A stretch of 63,999 nucleotides of DNA, filler included, from Jimgerdemannia flammicorona (Eukaryota), in the NCBI GenBank assembly GCA_003990765.1. It is 3 parts of 3 records of this genome, joined end to end, with 100 filler letters (N's around TTAATTAATTAA, not from the genome) between each part and the next. Parts side by side here need not be neighbours in the genome. Positions count along the whole stretch, not along the records: positions 1 to 21,324 come from RBNJ01001480.1; 2 more parts are not named here. One strand, written 5' to 3'. The notes under the pieces are model-generated. The model was not told where the DNA came from, made no database searches, and saw only the letters and a program-made list of their open reading frames with translations. Each line of letters opens with the position of its first letter. Position 1 is the first letter of the stretch. This document shows, one piece after another, positions 1 to 11,849 of this stretch. The translations under genes were made by a program, and so were the position numbers.

Positions 1-58
1 AAAAAAAAAAAAAAAAAAAAAAAATACACCTCCAAAGTCATACCCCTTCCTTTTCCAT

Positions 59-1102
59 TCATACCTGCACGACCGCATCCCCCTCCGTCACGAATGTAGG
101 CTTCACCAATTCCCAAGCGCCCTTCCAAATCCCGCCCTCATCCGTCCCTCCCTCATCCTCCCCTCCTCCACCGCCCAACAACATGGTCGACCATCTCCCC
201 GGGTCGAACCGGTCGACGACCATGTCCGCCCCCTCAGACACCGGGAACGAACGCGCGAGGAAGAAGCCCTGCGGCCGAGACTGTGAAGTGCGGAAGAGAT
301 ACCGGTGCATGGCACGGAGGGCAGTGGGTTGGAAGGTGATGGCGCGCGGGAGGAGGAGGCGAATTGATGAGTGGGAGTTCGGGGGTGTAGTGTAGGTTAG
401 GGTATCCCTAGTAAATGGTTTTAGGGAAAGGAGGCCAGAAAGACGGAGATTTAAGACATGGACGGAGAAAACCAAGCGTGACATCAGTGGTACTAACCAG
501 ATGAAAACTCGCTGTTCGAGCGGCAAGCTCAAGATTTGTTGGCTGAGGTTCCTGTACGTTCGCAGCTCGCCCGCGTTGCTGTTATCCCTTTTATCCAAGT
601 AATCTTTGGGCGAGGGTATAATAAAATTGGGAAGCGGCTGACGCTCCAGCCGTAGTGGTGAGCGAGCCCTCTGAGTTTCTGGCGTTTGCGGTGTGGGTTC
701 GGAGATCCTGGGCTGTTGTCGCTTCGACACGGTAGGTTCCTTTCGCGTCGTGGCGCTCTTGGATGACGGGATTGGGTTCTTGGACGTGTCGACATTCAGC
801 TTGGTCGTGGTTGCGTGCGCCGTCGTGGGTTCGGGTCGGTTCTGCGGGATCTTCCCTTGCGCGGCCGTCCTCGACTTATTCGTCTCGATCACGGGTGGCG
901 CTTTTGCTGCTGGTTTCCCCCCTTTTTTGACCGTCGCAACCGGGTTGCGTGGTTGTTGGGATTTTTGCTCACGTATTCGGTGCCAGTGAGGCAGCAACTC
1001 GTCATCGAGGCGCAGCTGTGCTAGCTGGGAAGTCACTTTTTGGGCGGGTTGTTGTTGATGAGCCGGTTGAGAGAGCGGTCCTTTGTTGGTATCGGCGGAC
1101 AT
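59..1102 (-). CDS. Hypothetical protein with low-complexity P/Q/K/T-rich N-terminus
   Basis: 372-aa ORF (59..1177); likely start ATG at 1102 (MSADTNK...); GC-rich coding-like composition; no recognised domain. Confidence 0.5.
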   Translation of the reverse strand: MSADTNKGPLSQPAHQQQPAQKVTSQLAQLRLDDELLPHWHRIREQKSQQPRNPVATVKKGGKPAAKAPPVIETNKSRTAAQGKIPQNRPEPTTAHATTTKLNVDTSKNPIPSSKSATTRKEPTVSKRQQPRISEPTPQTPETQRARSPLRLERQPLPNFIIPSPKDYLDKRDNSNAGELRTYRNLSQQILSLPLEQRVFIWLVPLMSRLVFSVHVLNLRLSGLLSLKPFTRDTLTYTTPPNSHSSIRLLLPRAITFQPTALRAMHRYLFRTSQSRPQGFFLARSFPVSEGADMVVDRFDPGRWSTMLLGGGGGEDEGGTDEGGIWKGAWELVKPTFVTEGDAVVQV

Positions 1103-1295
1103 TCGTGGGGTCAATGGCGAAAGACCAGTTGTTGACTTGTGAAACGCGTTGGTCACGTGCGTGACTGCCCATTTCAAGAACGCGTCGCAAAGGTCTCATT
1201 TTTTTTTTTAATATACACACAAACTGATTATCCAGCAAGCCCAAGAAGCACAAGTAATTAAGCTCATTTACAACTAGTTTGACGAGAACATTCCA

Positions 1296-1988
1296 TTAAA
1301 TGCTAGCCCACGTCGCCGCAACTATCGACCATTCCACCATCATTGCCAACAGCCCTACCATGGCCCTTGCACCCCCTGAAACTTGTCTGTCCGATTTATT
1401 GGCGCTCTCCCCCGTCTTGGTGGCCTGCGGACTCCCGCTGGTGACGTTAGTCGTCGGGGTAAACGAGGCCGTGGTCGAGTGTAGATCGTAAACATTCGTG
1501 GGAGCGAAGCTCGACCCGCACTGATACGACTGACGGCACTGCGCGGAGCAGCTATCGCGATCACCGTTCACGGGACGGGTATTGCAACTCGCCAAGCAAT
1601 TCTGGAGATCGATTTGGCAGAGAGCAAAGGGGACCGGAAATTGGTACTCGGACATTGAGGGCGGCTGTGCGCCACATTGGCAGGTCCTGGATGGCAAGGA
1701 AAAGGGAGAGTGGAGGGAACACCGGGTTAAAACATGAATGGCTAGTCGTTGTGATAGGTAGAGAAAGCGCAACTACCAGAAAAGTGTATTCGGGTCACAA
1801 GTGTTTGGCGACGCTGAGGCCGACTGACAGGCGACGTTGCAGGTATTGATCTGTTGGCGACAGAGCTGTATCTTCCAGGCTGAGTCCAACTTGGAGATGT
1901 CTGGGAGGGCTTGCACGAAGGGCGGGATCAGGATACCGAGGAGGAGGAGAAAGAAGAGGAAGAGCAGATTGGGCTTGCATGTCGTCAT
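1296..1988 (-). CDS. Secreted Cys-rich, probably GPI-anchored cell-surface protein; 2 exons (1988-1777, 1686-1296)
   Basis: Signal peptide (LLFLFFLLLLGILIPPFVQA); Cys pattern CRQQINTCNVAC...NTC...WTCQC...C...CLASC...CSAQC...C; S/T-rich stalk and hydrophobic C-terminus; GT-AG intron 1776-1687 joins TG+G to give Trp in frame. Confidence 0.8.
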
Positions 1989-2879
1989 CGTGGGTTATTG
2001 GTTGAATAAGGGAGAGGGAACTGAGGATGAAACGGGAGAGGAAGAGCAAACCATTTTATAGAAGCCAATTTTTTTTTTAAAAAAAAAAGGGCGAAAGAAA
2101 TACCTGACCTCTCGCTAGTCTCAAACCATCACCAAACCGCATAAAACGTTCATGTTCATTTAGATTCTGATCGAATCATGCCACATATCCTGAGTAATGT
2201 CTTTGGCGTAGGCGGGTCTTTAGGGGTGCGTATTATGTATCTTTATTATTGTAAATGCAAACATTACCTTAATATATCTGTAAATGAAGGTGTGTGGTTT
2301 GTTACGTGATGAAGGAAAGGGTGATTTCTCCGATGCATGGTTCGAACTGGGCTAACCAGATCAAACGCCCGTGTTTTATCTGTTGCATATACGTGCACTT
2401 ATGTATTTACTCAGTGGCCAATATCAATTCTATTTATTATTAGGAAATATGTGGGCTTGCCTCAATATATCAAATATTTCACAAGATCTTACATCTTAAA
2501 TGACTGTATTTATGATGATTCCTGGATATGTCTCGCAAAGTGCTTATTCATAACGCATCCACCATTTAGTTCACTCATTCTATAGAAAACAGACAGAAGT
2601 GATCATCTCCTCCTCCACGTAGAGTAATCAATTGAAAACAGCAAGTAACATCGATTTTGATATGTGTGAAAAGATTTCATTTTCGTTGAATTGTGTGCGA
2701 GTGAAGCCATGCCGGTTGCTCTCCAAAGAGATTTTTAGCATACGTAGATCGAGGTATGAGACATATGGCTGGGTTGGAGGCGATGATATCAATGTTTCAA
2801 CATCGAACCCATGTTTTCCTTTCTCATAAATGACGACTTTATATCCGATGTTGAAGCATTCATCCAAATTTAACAAATT

Positions 2880-3427
2880 CATAGTCTAGCATATACTTTA
2901 GCCACTTTTTCTTAAATATTCCTGAATATTCTATCAGTTTCTGTAGCTTTCCACCACCTTCTAGAATATTTATTAGTCACATAGCCTAGTTATAATATAA
3001 TTGTCAGTCTGTAGAAATCTATAGAACTTGGCAAAAATACATATCTCAGTATTGTTTTTCTTAGTAATACTTCTTTCAGTTTAGTTATTCTTAGTCACTC
3101 TAACTTTTTGTTAAAATATTAAGTCTTAACTAAAGCTTTTTAGAATTAATTATTTTCTCTTAAAGAAATCAGAACTATTATTTTTTAAATTATAAATATA
3201 TATAATTAATAAATAAGATAATAAAAGTTTAGTTTAATATACTATAAAAATTATAAAAAAAAACTCATAGACTAAGTATTTCTCAGATACTAAAGTATTA
3301 TAATATTAAATTCTTATTACTGAGATGTGCCAATTTGGCTATAAAAAAAGATTTTGATATTTATATGAGTACCTTAAGATATAGAGTCTATTATTATAAG
3401 AGAGTTACTTATTAGAATAACTGTTAT
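2880..3427. repeat. AT-rich degraded repeat, possibly an old LTR relic distantly similar to the family C LTR
   Basis: Abrupt shift to TpA-rich sequence; short motifs (aatattctat, tattagtcac, tatagaactt) resemble the C LTR. Confidence 0.3.
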
Positions 3428-5102
3428 TATAAGTGCACAACCTTCAAGCCACTGAAATTACACATCACCCTCTGAATAAGCCACTGAAATCACATGTGAC
3501 CTCTGAACAAATCTGGAAATCACCTGCTTGATCACAAAGCTGAGTCAAACCGAAGTCACAGCACACAAAGCTGAGTCAATATGAAGTCACAGAATATAAG
3601 ATTTACACAAACAGAATCTTACCAATCAGGACCAAATGCATATATACTGAGCACCAAGATGCGTCAAATCAGAGAACCAAAACAAACAATAACTACAACT
3701 TCCAAACACACAAACATGACCACTGAGATCTATACCCGTATCCATGCTGACATTTGGAATGCCATTGTCAACTGAGCCACACCCCCTCTGCCTCTTATAA
3801 ATATCCATAGCCTAGCACTCCTCTATTTCATAGAAGCCCAATGGAATGCTCTGAACATGCTTAGTAAGGCCCACTGAATCAGACAAATCTCAAGCTACTA
3901 CTAGATCAGCTGCCTCCTGGAAGATATGATTGAACATTACCACGATACAGACATTATCCAGATGTCTCAACACCAGAAGCTCATTGCCTGCAAACATCGA
4001 GAACTCTTCTATGAGTATAGCACTATTATTCTCCACCTCTGAGTTACTATAGCTGAAATGGTTGCTACCCTGTCCTATGGCCAAATCAATGACATGATAT
4101 AAGAACTCAACCACAAGTACCTCGAGTATGTCGAAACCACAGATAGAACCTTTCCACACCCCAATGATCATATTCTGCAAATGCCCCAAGTTGAATATGC
4201 TATGAAGGATATCTACGATATAATCTACTTTGATGAAGATGAAGCAGAAGACAATAATCTCTCTGATGCTGACATGACTTCTAGCTAAGGATCTCTACCA
4301 ACCCTGATTACACCACCAACCTTGCCAATGAACTTACAACAATTCATAACAGCATACGAAACTTATTGAGACAATGACCACTGATATGAATACTAACCTG
4401 CATTCACCCCTGATTACTTCAACTACAATGAAGAGACCGGAGAACACAACCTGTACCTCTAGACAACCCTCGAGATTGAACCAACCACTCCACCACCCGA
4501 GTATGAGCAACATGAACCACAGCCACCAGCTTACTACAACTCCATGACTCATAGTGCTGTAACCTACAGAAGGTATGCAGATAGCAAATCCAATGAAACT
4601 GAAGATGATGTACCCCTCCTTTGCCCACCAACATCTTATCCAGCATATGAGACTGATGATGCCATCTTGTGGAATGAAGACGAAGTTCCAATATATTATT
4701 ACCTCAGCGAACAAGGAGAAGTAATCTGCGAATCACTCTTCCTAGATAACTACTTCATCAGAGATGATGCAATTGATGGTGATGTTATCGAGGACTACCC
4801 AGACAGTGCCTAAACCTATAAATAGCCTAAATAGTCATAGTATAGTTAGATTAGCCTTATACGATGTGACTGTGAACTGACTCAGCAGTCAGATAATCTC
4901 TTGACATGTCAGATTACACTTGTACTATATAACTGCATTCTGACTCAGCAAAGCACTTAGTGCTACATCCATATCTAGCATAGTCCAGATAGCCCCTCAC
5001 TGGTAAAAATACTCTCTCCCTCAGATCTCAGAATCTCAGACTCAAACATATAAGAACATTCCTGAATACTTCCCCACAATATCCCTTCACACAACTACTC
5101 CT
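3428..5102 (+). mobile_element. Family A LTR copy A0, interrupted at 5102 by element A1
   Basis: Colinear with the LTR at 5103-7133, starting TATAAGTGCACAA (consensus TGTAAGCGCACAA) and ending ...TACTCCT, where a new LTR begins; the last ~390 bp are missing. Confidence 0.9.
3716..4813 (+). pseudogene. U3-encoded accessory ORF of family A, copy with several premature stops
   Basis: Same 1098-nt span as the intact copy 18607-19704; stops are of the TGA/TAG/TAA type expected from C>T or G>A. Confidence 0.85.
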
Positions 5103-5183
5103 TGTAAGCGCACAACCTCCAAGCCACCAAAATTACATGCGTCCTCCGAACAAATCTGGAAATTACCTGCTTGATCACGAAGC

Positions 5184-5289
5184 TGAGTCAAACTAAAGTC
5201 ACAGTGCACAAAGCTGAGTCAATACGAAGTCACAGAACATAAGATCTACACAAACAGAATCTTACCAATCAGGACCAAATGCATATATA
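5184..5289 (+). promoter_or_regulatory. Putative promoter of the U3 ORF: two TGAGTCA (AP-1/Gcn4-type) sites and TATATA
   Basis: TGAGTCA at 5184 and 5215 inside a ~31-bp tandem duplication; TATATA at 5284-5289, 70 nt before ATG 5359; present in all four A LTRs. Confidence 0.5.
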
Positions 5290-5358
5290 CTGAGCACTGA
5301 GACATGTTGAATCAGAGAACCAAAACAAACAACAACCATAACTTCCAAACACACAAAC

Positions 5359-6455
5359 ATGATCACTGAAATCTATAACCGCATCCATGCTGACATTTGG
5401 AATGCCATTATCAACTGAGCCACACCCCCTCTGCCCCTCATGAATATCCATAGCCTGGCACCTCTCTACTTCGTGAAAGCCCGATGGAATGCCCTGAACA
5501 TGCTTAACGAGGTCCACCAGATCGGACAAATATCAAGCTACTACCAGATCGGCCACCTCTTAGAAGATATAGTCGAACACCACCACAATACAGATATTAC
5601 CCAGATGTCTCAACACCAGAAGCTCATTGTCCGCAAACATCGAGAACTCTTCTATGAGTACAACACCTTTATTTCCCACCTCCGAGTCACTACCAGTGAA
5701 ATGGTTGCTACTCTGTCCTACGGCCAAATCGATGACATGATACAAGAACTCAACCACAAGTACCTCAAATACATCAAGACCACAGACAGAACCTTCCCAC
5801 ACCCTGATGACCATATCCTGCAAATGCCTCAAGTCAGATATGCCATGAAGGACGTCTATGATATAATCCACTTCGACGAAGATGAAGCAGAAGACAATGA
5901 TCCCTCCGACGCTGACATGACCTCAAGCCAAGAATCTCTGCCAACTCTGATCACTCCGCCAACCTTGCCGATGAACCTACAACAGTTCATAACCACATAC
6001 GAAACTTATTGGAACAATGACCACTGGCACAAATACCAACCCGCGTTCACCTCTGATTACTTCAATTACAATGAAGAGACCGGAGAACACAACCTGTACC
6101 TTCAGACAACCCTTGAGATCAAACCAACCACTCCACTACCCGAGTATGAGCAACATGAACCACAGCCACCAGCATACTATAACCCTGCAACTCAAGTGCT
6201 GTAACCTATAGAAGGTACGCAGACAGCAAATCCGATGAAAGCAAAGACAATACACCCATCCTTTGCCCACCAACACCTTATCCAGCATATGAAACAGACG
6301 ATACTATCCTGTGGGATAGAGATGAAGTCCCAATGTATTACTACCTCAGCCAACAAGGAGAAGTAATCCGCGAACCACTCTTCCTAGATGACCACTTCAT
6401 CAGAGATGATGCAATCAATAGTGATGTCATCGAAAACTACCCAGATAGTGCCTAA
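5359..6455 (+). pseudogene. U3-encoded accessory ORF of family A (one early TGA and a 1-nt deletion)
   Basis: ORF 5440..6204 matches the intact 365-aa copy; frameshift near 6195. Confidence 0.85.
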
Positions 6456-6518
6456 ACCTATAAATAGTCTAGCAGTCATAGTATAGATAGATTAACCTTG
6501 TATGACGTGACTGTGAAC

Positions 6519-6652
6519 TGACTCAACAGTCAGACGATCTCTTGACATGTCAGATCACACTTGTACTATGTGACTGCATTCTGACTCAGCAAGGCACTTA
6601 GTGCTACATCCATATTTAGCATAGTCCAGATAGCCCCTCACTAGTATAAATA
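6519..6652 (+). promoter_or_regulatory. Putative genomic-RNA promoter of the A LTR: two TGACTCA sites and TATAAATA
   Basis: TGACTCA at 6519 and 6582; TATAAATA at 6645-6652 (another at 6459-6466); AATAAA at 6770. Confidence 0.5.
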
Positions 6653-7136
6653 CCCCCTCCCCCAGACCTCAGAATCTCAGACTGGAACAATCCGAACACA
6701 ACTCCTGAGCACTTTCCCACAATACCCCTTTACACAAATACTCCTAGTATAGCAATATCATGAATAGCAAATAAACCTATTCCATAACCCATAAACTACT
6801 CTTAAGTAAATCCGCTCCCTATTAGGTCCTACTCCTAACCCCATTACGAAATTTCCTAATTGGGTATTGTCTGCAGCGATATGCCAATTAAACTAAGCCA
6901 GTCTTAGTTTCTTGAACTTCCTGAAATACAGAAAATCCTGAACATCTAGAACTAGTCCGAAAAAGGACTTTGGTTGAGACGTCAACCCAATCTTGAAATC
7001 AATAAGCATAGAGGACGTACTCCATACAAAATTGATCTTGACCATAAGAAAACGGTCTTCCAGAATATCCAGAATATTCAGAAAACTCTTCCAGAACTAC
7101 GTAATGATTACCCTAAAAAGTAACCCTCTTACAACT

Positions 7137-7148
7137 TGGTAGCAGTAG
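7137..7148 (+). other. Primer-binding site, tRNA-iMet type
   Basis: TGGTAGCAG begins 3 nt after the LTR end and is complementary to an initiator-Met tRNA 3' end (...CUGCUACCA). Confidence 0.8.
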
Positions 7149-8095
7149 TTTACAATCCAATTCCGCTTCAAGACGCTACCTCACTCTGCTACAAATCCCT
7201 CTGCAAATTCCTACAAGTTGGTATAAAGCCCAACCTCTGAACTGGAATTTATCCTGAACCATCTGATAATCTGGAGAGAATTGAACCTGATGTACAAGGA
7301 CAATTTGACCTCCACACCTGCAACAAGTGGGATAAACTTCATTCAAAGAAAGAAGTACTCAAGTTAAACCAGCAAATAGGCAAAACTCTATTCACTGAAC
7401 TCCTTGCACTACACCCAGCAAGTCAAGATGAAGAAGGTCTTATTGAAGCCTTCTTTACTCTTCTCAACAAGAGTTTCGTCAGCTCCACAAATCTGAGCAA
7501 CCTAGGACAACCAGCAGCAGTCTTTCTAGCCTTAGTTCCTCACGAAGCCCAAGCCTCTGTAGCCAAGTGGCTCAACTCTACCGACTTTCACCACACCAGG
7601 ACCAAGACTGCATTATACTACCAATTCCAGAACAGCAAGGCCTGCCATATTCTTAAGGAAGAAGCAAGAGAAACCCTTCATCAACTACCTGACCCCAAAC
7701 CTGAAGCAGGCCCTGCTATAGCCCTACCTGAATCTGAAACCAATACCAAACCTGAACTTGACTTTGAATTAAGTCCATCTGAAATCAGATATACAACTAA
7801 TTCTGTCTACTTTGACGCCGAGCAAACCCAATTACATGGGGACCAAACTGAAGAAGAGGAGGAGTATCTCACTGAATTCGATCTCGGATATACCACCGAA
7901 GGAGACACACATCCATCAGGACAGAATACACCTACACAGCAACAAACAGCTATCTATCAAGCCCTCACTCCAGATCCACAACTACTACTCCAGCAACTTA
8001 CACAGACCCAAAGAACCCCATCACACTCTGCACCAGTATCTCAAGTAGTACTAGTAATACCACTACCAGCAGTCCAACCACCTCCAGCAATCAAC

Positions 8096-9368
8096 ATGGC
8101 GAACCAACAGATTCTAGACCTCACAGCCCAAGTAGCTATAATGGCAGCAACCATTACTGCCTTAGCCGAACAGACCCAACCTACCAAAAATCTGAGCCTA
8201 CCTACCTTCAATGGTACTGCACAAGAAGTCCAAAGCTTCATTAGTGTAGTTGACACCAACTTCAAAGCCAATCAATGGACCAATGAATGAGTTGCTGACT
8301 GCGTTCTGACAAACAATCAAGACCACACCCTGGAATAACTCTTTGCTACCACTACAGCCTATGTCCGCCAAGTTGTTACATTCTTCCGAGGACCTGCCGA
8401 AGAATAGTGGTGAACCCTTCCTGAAAAACCCCTCATATAGGATACCCGACCTACAGTAGTTGCTCAGAATATAGCAAACAATGCCCCAGGATATGGAGCC
8501 CATCCTGCAGCCCCTGGACTCAAACAACTCATGATTGCTCAATATCGCAGCGAAACCATGATTGCTGAATCTCGAGTAAAACTCCGCAACCTCAAATTCG
8601 ATGTACATGGCAAAGAAGAATTTGAAACCTTCTGTACAAAACTCAAGTCACTCCTGAACACTGTTGGCCTAGGATATATTGCCAATGATGAAGCATGAAA
8701 TGGTACAAGAGCAGACCATTTATTCGATGCACTGCCTGAATGGCTTATTAGAAAAATCCGAGAACAAGGCCGCCCAGTTGGTTGTGACCACCAACAATAG
8801 TGCCTGGCAAGAATTAAGACCATGGTCAAGCGAATCCTAACAGCTGGACCAATTCTGCCCCAAAGATAATTTAACAACAAGGAAAGGACTTGGACCAAGA
8901 AAGAAGAACCCAAGCATGAAGCATCCCAAGCTCCCTCCACATCCACCTCTTGGACACCCAGAAATCCTGAACCCACCCAGTCCAGCACCTTCAAGAAACT
9001 TACTGAAGGCGAAAGGAATGAACTTCGAAGAAGTGGAGCATGCTTCTATTGCCAAAAGACAGGACACATGGCCAGTACCTGCCCCAACCGGAAACCCCGA
9101 ACAGCAACACAAGCAACTGTTACCACTCTGCACCACCTCAACAACCTGACCACCAGAACACTAGACTTTGTCAAGTTAAGACAAACTGCTAAGGCCCCAA
9201 TCAAAGGAAGTCAAAAAGCAGCTGGATATAACCTGTATACAGCTGAAGAAGCTACAGTCTCCAACCAAGAAGTCAAACAAGTCTACACAGGAATCAGTAT
9301 CCAAATCCCTGAAGGACATGTTGGAAGAATATGCTGTCGCAGCAGCCTAGCATTGAAAGGACTCTCAG
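8096..9368 (+). pseudogene. A1 gag (capsid and CCHC nucleocapsid) fused in frame to the N-terminal half of dUTPase
   Basis: Matches A2 gag; KGSQKAAGYNL and GRICCRSSLA dUTPase motifs; several in-frame stops. Confidence 0.88.
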
Positions 9369-11406
9369 TGTAAGAGGGTTACTTTTTAGGGCAACCATTA
9401 TGTAGTTCTGGAAAGGTTTTCTGGATATTCTGGATGTTCTGAAAGACTGTTTTCTTATGGTCAAGATCAATTTCGTATGGAGTACGTCCTCTACACTTAT
9501 TGATTTCAAGATCAGGTTGATGTCTCAACCAAAGTCCTTTTTCGGACTAGTTCTGGATGTTCAGGATTTTCCGTATTTCAGGAAGTTCAAGAAACTAAGA
9601 CCAGCTTAGTTGAATTGGCGTATCGCTGCAGACAATACCCAATTAGGAAATTTCGTGACGGGGTTAGGAGTGGGACCTAACAGAGAGTGGATTTACTTAA
9701 GAGTGATTTGTGGGTTATGGAATAGGTTTATTTGCTATTCATGATATTACTATACTAGGAGTATTTGTATGAAGGGATATTGTGGGGAAGTGCTCAGGAG
9801 TTCTGTTCAGATTGTTCAAGTCTGTTCAAGTCTGAGATTCTGAGGTCTGGGGGAGGGGGTATTTATACTAGTGAGGGGCTATTTGGACTATGCTAGATAT
9901 GGATGTAGTACTAAGTGCCTTGCTGAGTCAGAATGCAGTCACATAGTACAAGTGTGATCTGACATGTCAAGAGATCGTCTGACTGCTGAGTCAGTTCACA
10001 GTCATGTCATACAAGGTTAATCTATCTATACTATAACTGCTAGACTATTTATAGGTTTAGGCACTATCTGGGTAGTCCTCGATGACATCACCATCGATTG
10101 CATCATCTCTGATGAAGTAGTCATCTAGGAAGAGTGGTTCACGGATTACTTCTCCTTGTTGGCTAAGGTAGTAATACATTGGGACTTCATCTCCATCCCA
10201 AAGGATAGCATCATCTGTTTTGTATGCTGGATAAGGTGTTGGTGGGCGAAGAATGGGTGTACTGTCTTCGCTTTCATCGGATTTGCTGTCTGCATACCTT
10301 CTATAGGTTACAGCACTATGAGTTGCAGGGTTATAGTATGCTGGCGGCTGTGGTTCATGTTGCTCGTACTCAGGTAGTGGAGTGGTTGGTTCGATCTCGA
10401 GAGTTGTCTGAAGGTACAGGTTGTGTTCTCCAGTCTCTTCATTATAATTGAAGTAATCGGGGGTGAACGTGGGTTGGTATTCGTGTCAGTGGTCATTGTA
10501 TAAGTCTTGTATGTAATTATGAACTGTTATAAGTTCATTGGCAAGGTTGGTGGTATGATCAGGGTTGGCAGAGATTCTTGGCTAGAGGTCATGTCGGCGT
10601 CAGAGGGATCATTGTCTTCTGCTTCATCTTCGTCGAAGTGGATTATATCATAGACGTCCTTCATGGCGTATCCAACTTGAGGTATTTGCAGGATGTGGTC
10701 ATCAGGGTGCGGGAAGGTTCTGTCTGTGGTTTCGACATACTCGAGGTACTTGTGGTTGAGTTCTTGTATCATGTCATTGATTTGGTCGTAGGACAGAGTA
10801 GCAACCATTTTGCTGGTAGTGACTCGGAGGCGGGGAATAAAGGTGTTATACTCATAGAAGAGTTCTCGATGTTTGCAGGTGATAAGCTTTTGGTGTTGAG
10901 ACATCTGGGTAATATCTGTATTGTGGTGGTGTTCGACCATGTCTTCTAGGAGGTGGCCGATCTGGTAGTAGCTTGAGATTTGTCCGATTCGGTGGGCCTT
11001 GCTAAGCATGTTCAGGGCATTCCATCGGGCTTCCACAAAGTAGAGGGGTGCTAGGCTATGGATATTCATGAGGGGTAGAGGGGGTGTGGCTCAGTTGACA
11101 ATGGTATTCCAAATGTCAGCGCAGATGCAGTTGTAGATCTCAGTGGTCATGTTTGTGTGTTTGGAAGTTGTAGTTGTTATTTGTTTTGGTTCTCTGGTTT
11201 GACGTGTCTCGGTGCTCGGTATATAAGCATTTGGTCCTGATTAGTAAGGTTCCGTTTGTGTAAATCTTGTGTTCTGTGACTTCGTATTGACTCAGCTTTG
11301 TACACTGTGACTTCGGTTTGACTCAGCTTTGTGATCAAGCAGGTGATTTCCAGATTTGTTCGGAGGTCGCATGTGATTTCAGTGGCTTGGAGGTTGTGCG
11401 CTTACA
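9369..11406 (-). repeat. 3' LTR of A2 (2038 bp)
   Basis: Reverse complement of the A LTR; preceded on the minus strand by a PPT. Confidence 0.95.
10057..11150 (-). pseudogene. U3-encoded accessory ORF of family A (premature stops and a 4-nt deletion)
   Basis: ORF 10527..11069 matches the intact copy; 4-nt deletion near 10500 accounts for the 4-bp difference between the two LTRs. Confidence 0.85.
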
Positions 11407-11420
11407 ACTCTCCCCTTCTT
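11407..11420 (-). other. Polypurine tract of A2
   Basis: AAGAAGGGGAGAGT immediately 5' of the 3' LTR. Confidence 0.85.
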
Positions 11421-11849
11421 AGCTTTCGACGTCCTCGTCGGGGCCTTCTAATTTGTTCTAGTGTTGTTACACTGTTTGGGAGGTCAAAAGTCTGGTAAGG
11501 TCCATTTTCTCAGAAAGTGGCATGCTCATAGTACAGTTGCCTAACACGTTGGATTCACACGTTAAAGGGTCGTTTGTTCAATGCCATGCACCGGAAGTGA
11601 TTCTGATGTCATTCACTGCTGGAGAATTTTCTCTAAGGAATCTTCTTAAATGTCTACGCCTTGTTTCCTACCAGTGGTACAGGGAGAATAGGCTTGCTTT
11701 CAGTTTTGCTATTTTTCCAGAGGGTCGGTATTCTTGTCTTGTTTTGCTGAGTTCCTGACTTAGTTTGTGATAGTTATAATGTTCGGGAGGATAATACATA
11801 GTATGTATGGATCGGTGCAGAGTATTTGGTTTTACTTGTTCAAGAAATC

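Larger units (their letters stand above)
5103..7133 (+). repeat. 5' LTR of A1 (2031 bp)
   Basis: TGTAAG...CTTACA termini; matches both A2 LTRs; followed by PBS. Confidence 0.92.

Noticed and set aside
2337..2882. Protein-like minus-strand fragment (2628-2882)
   Set aside because: No recognisable domain, truncated by degraded repeat; cannot be supported as a gene.
10578..10949. Recurrent hydrophobic antisense ORFs in A LTRs (also 19132-19503, 5560-5871, 4334-4714)
   Set aside because: Explained as reverse-strand shadows of the A/C-rich sense ORF; their boundaries differ between copies.
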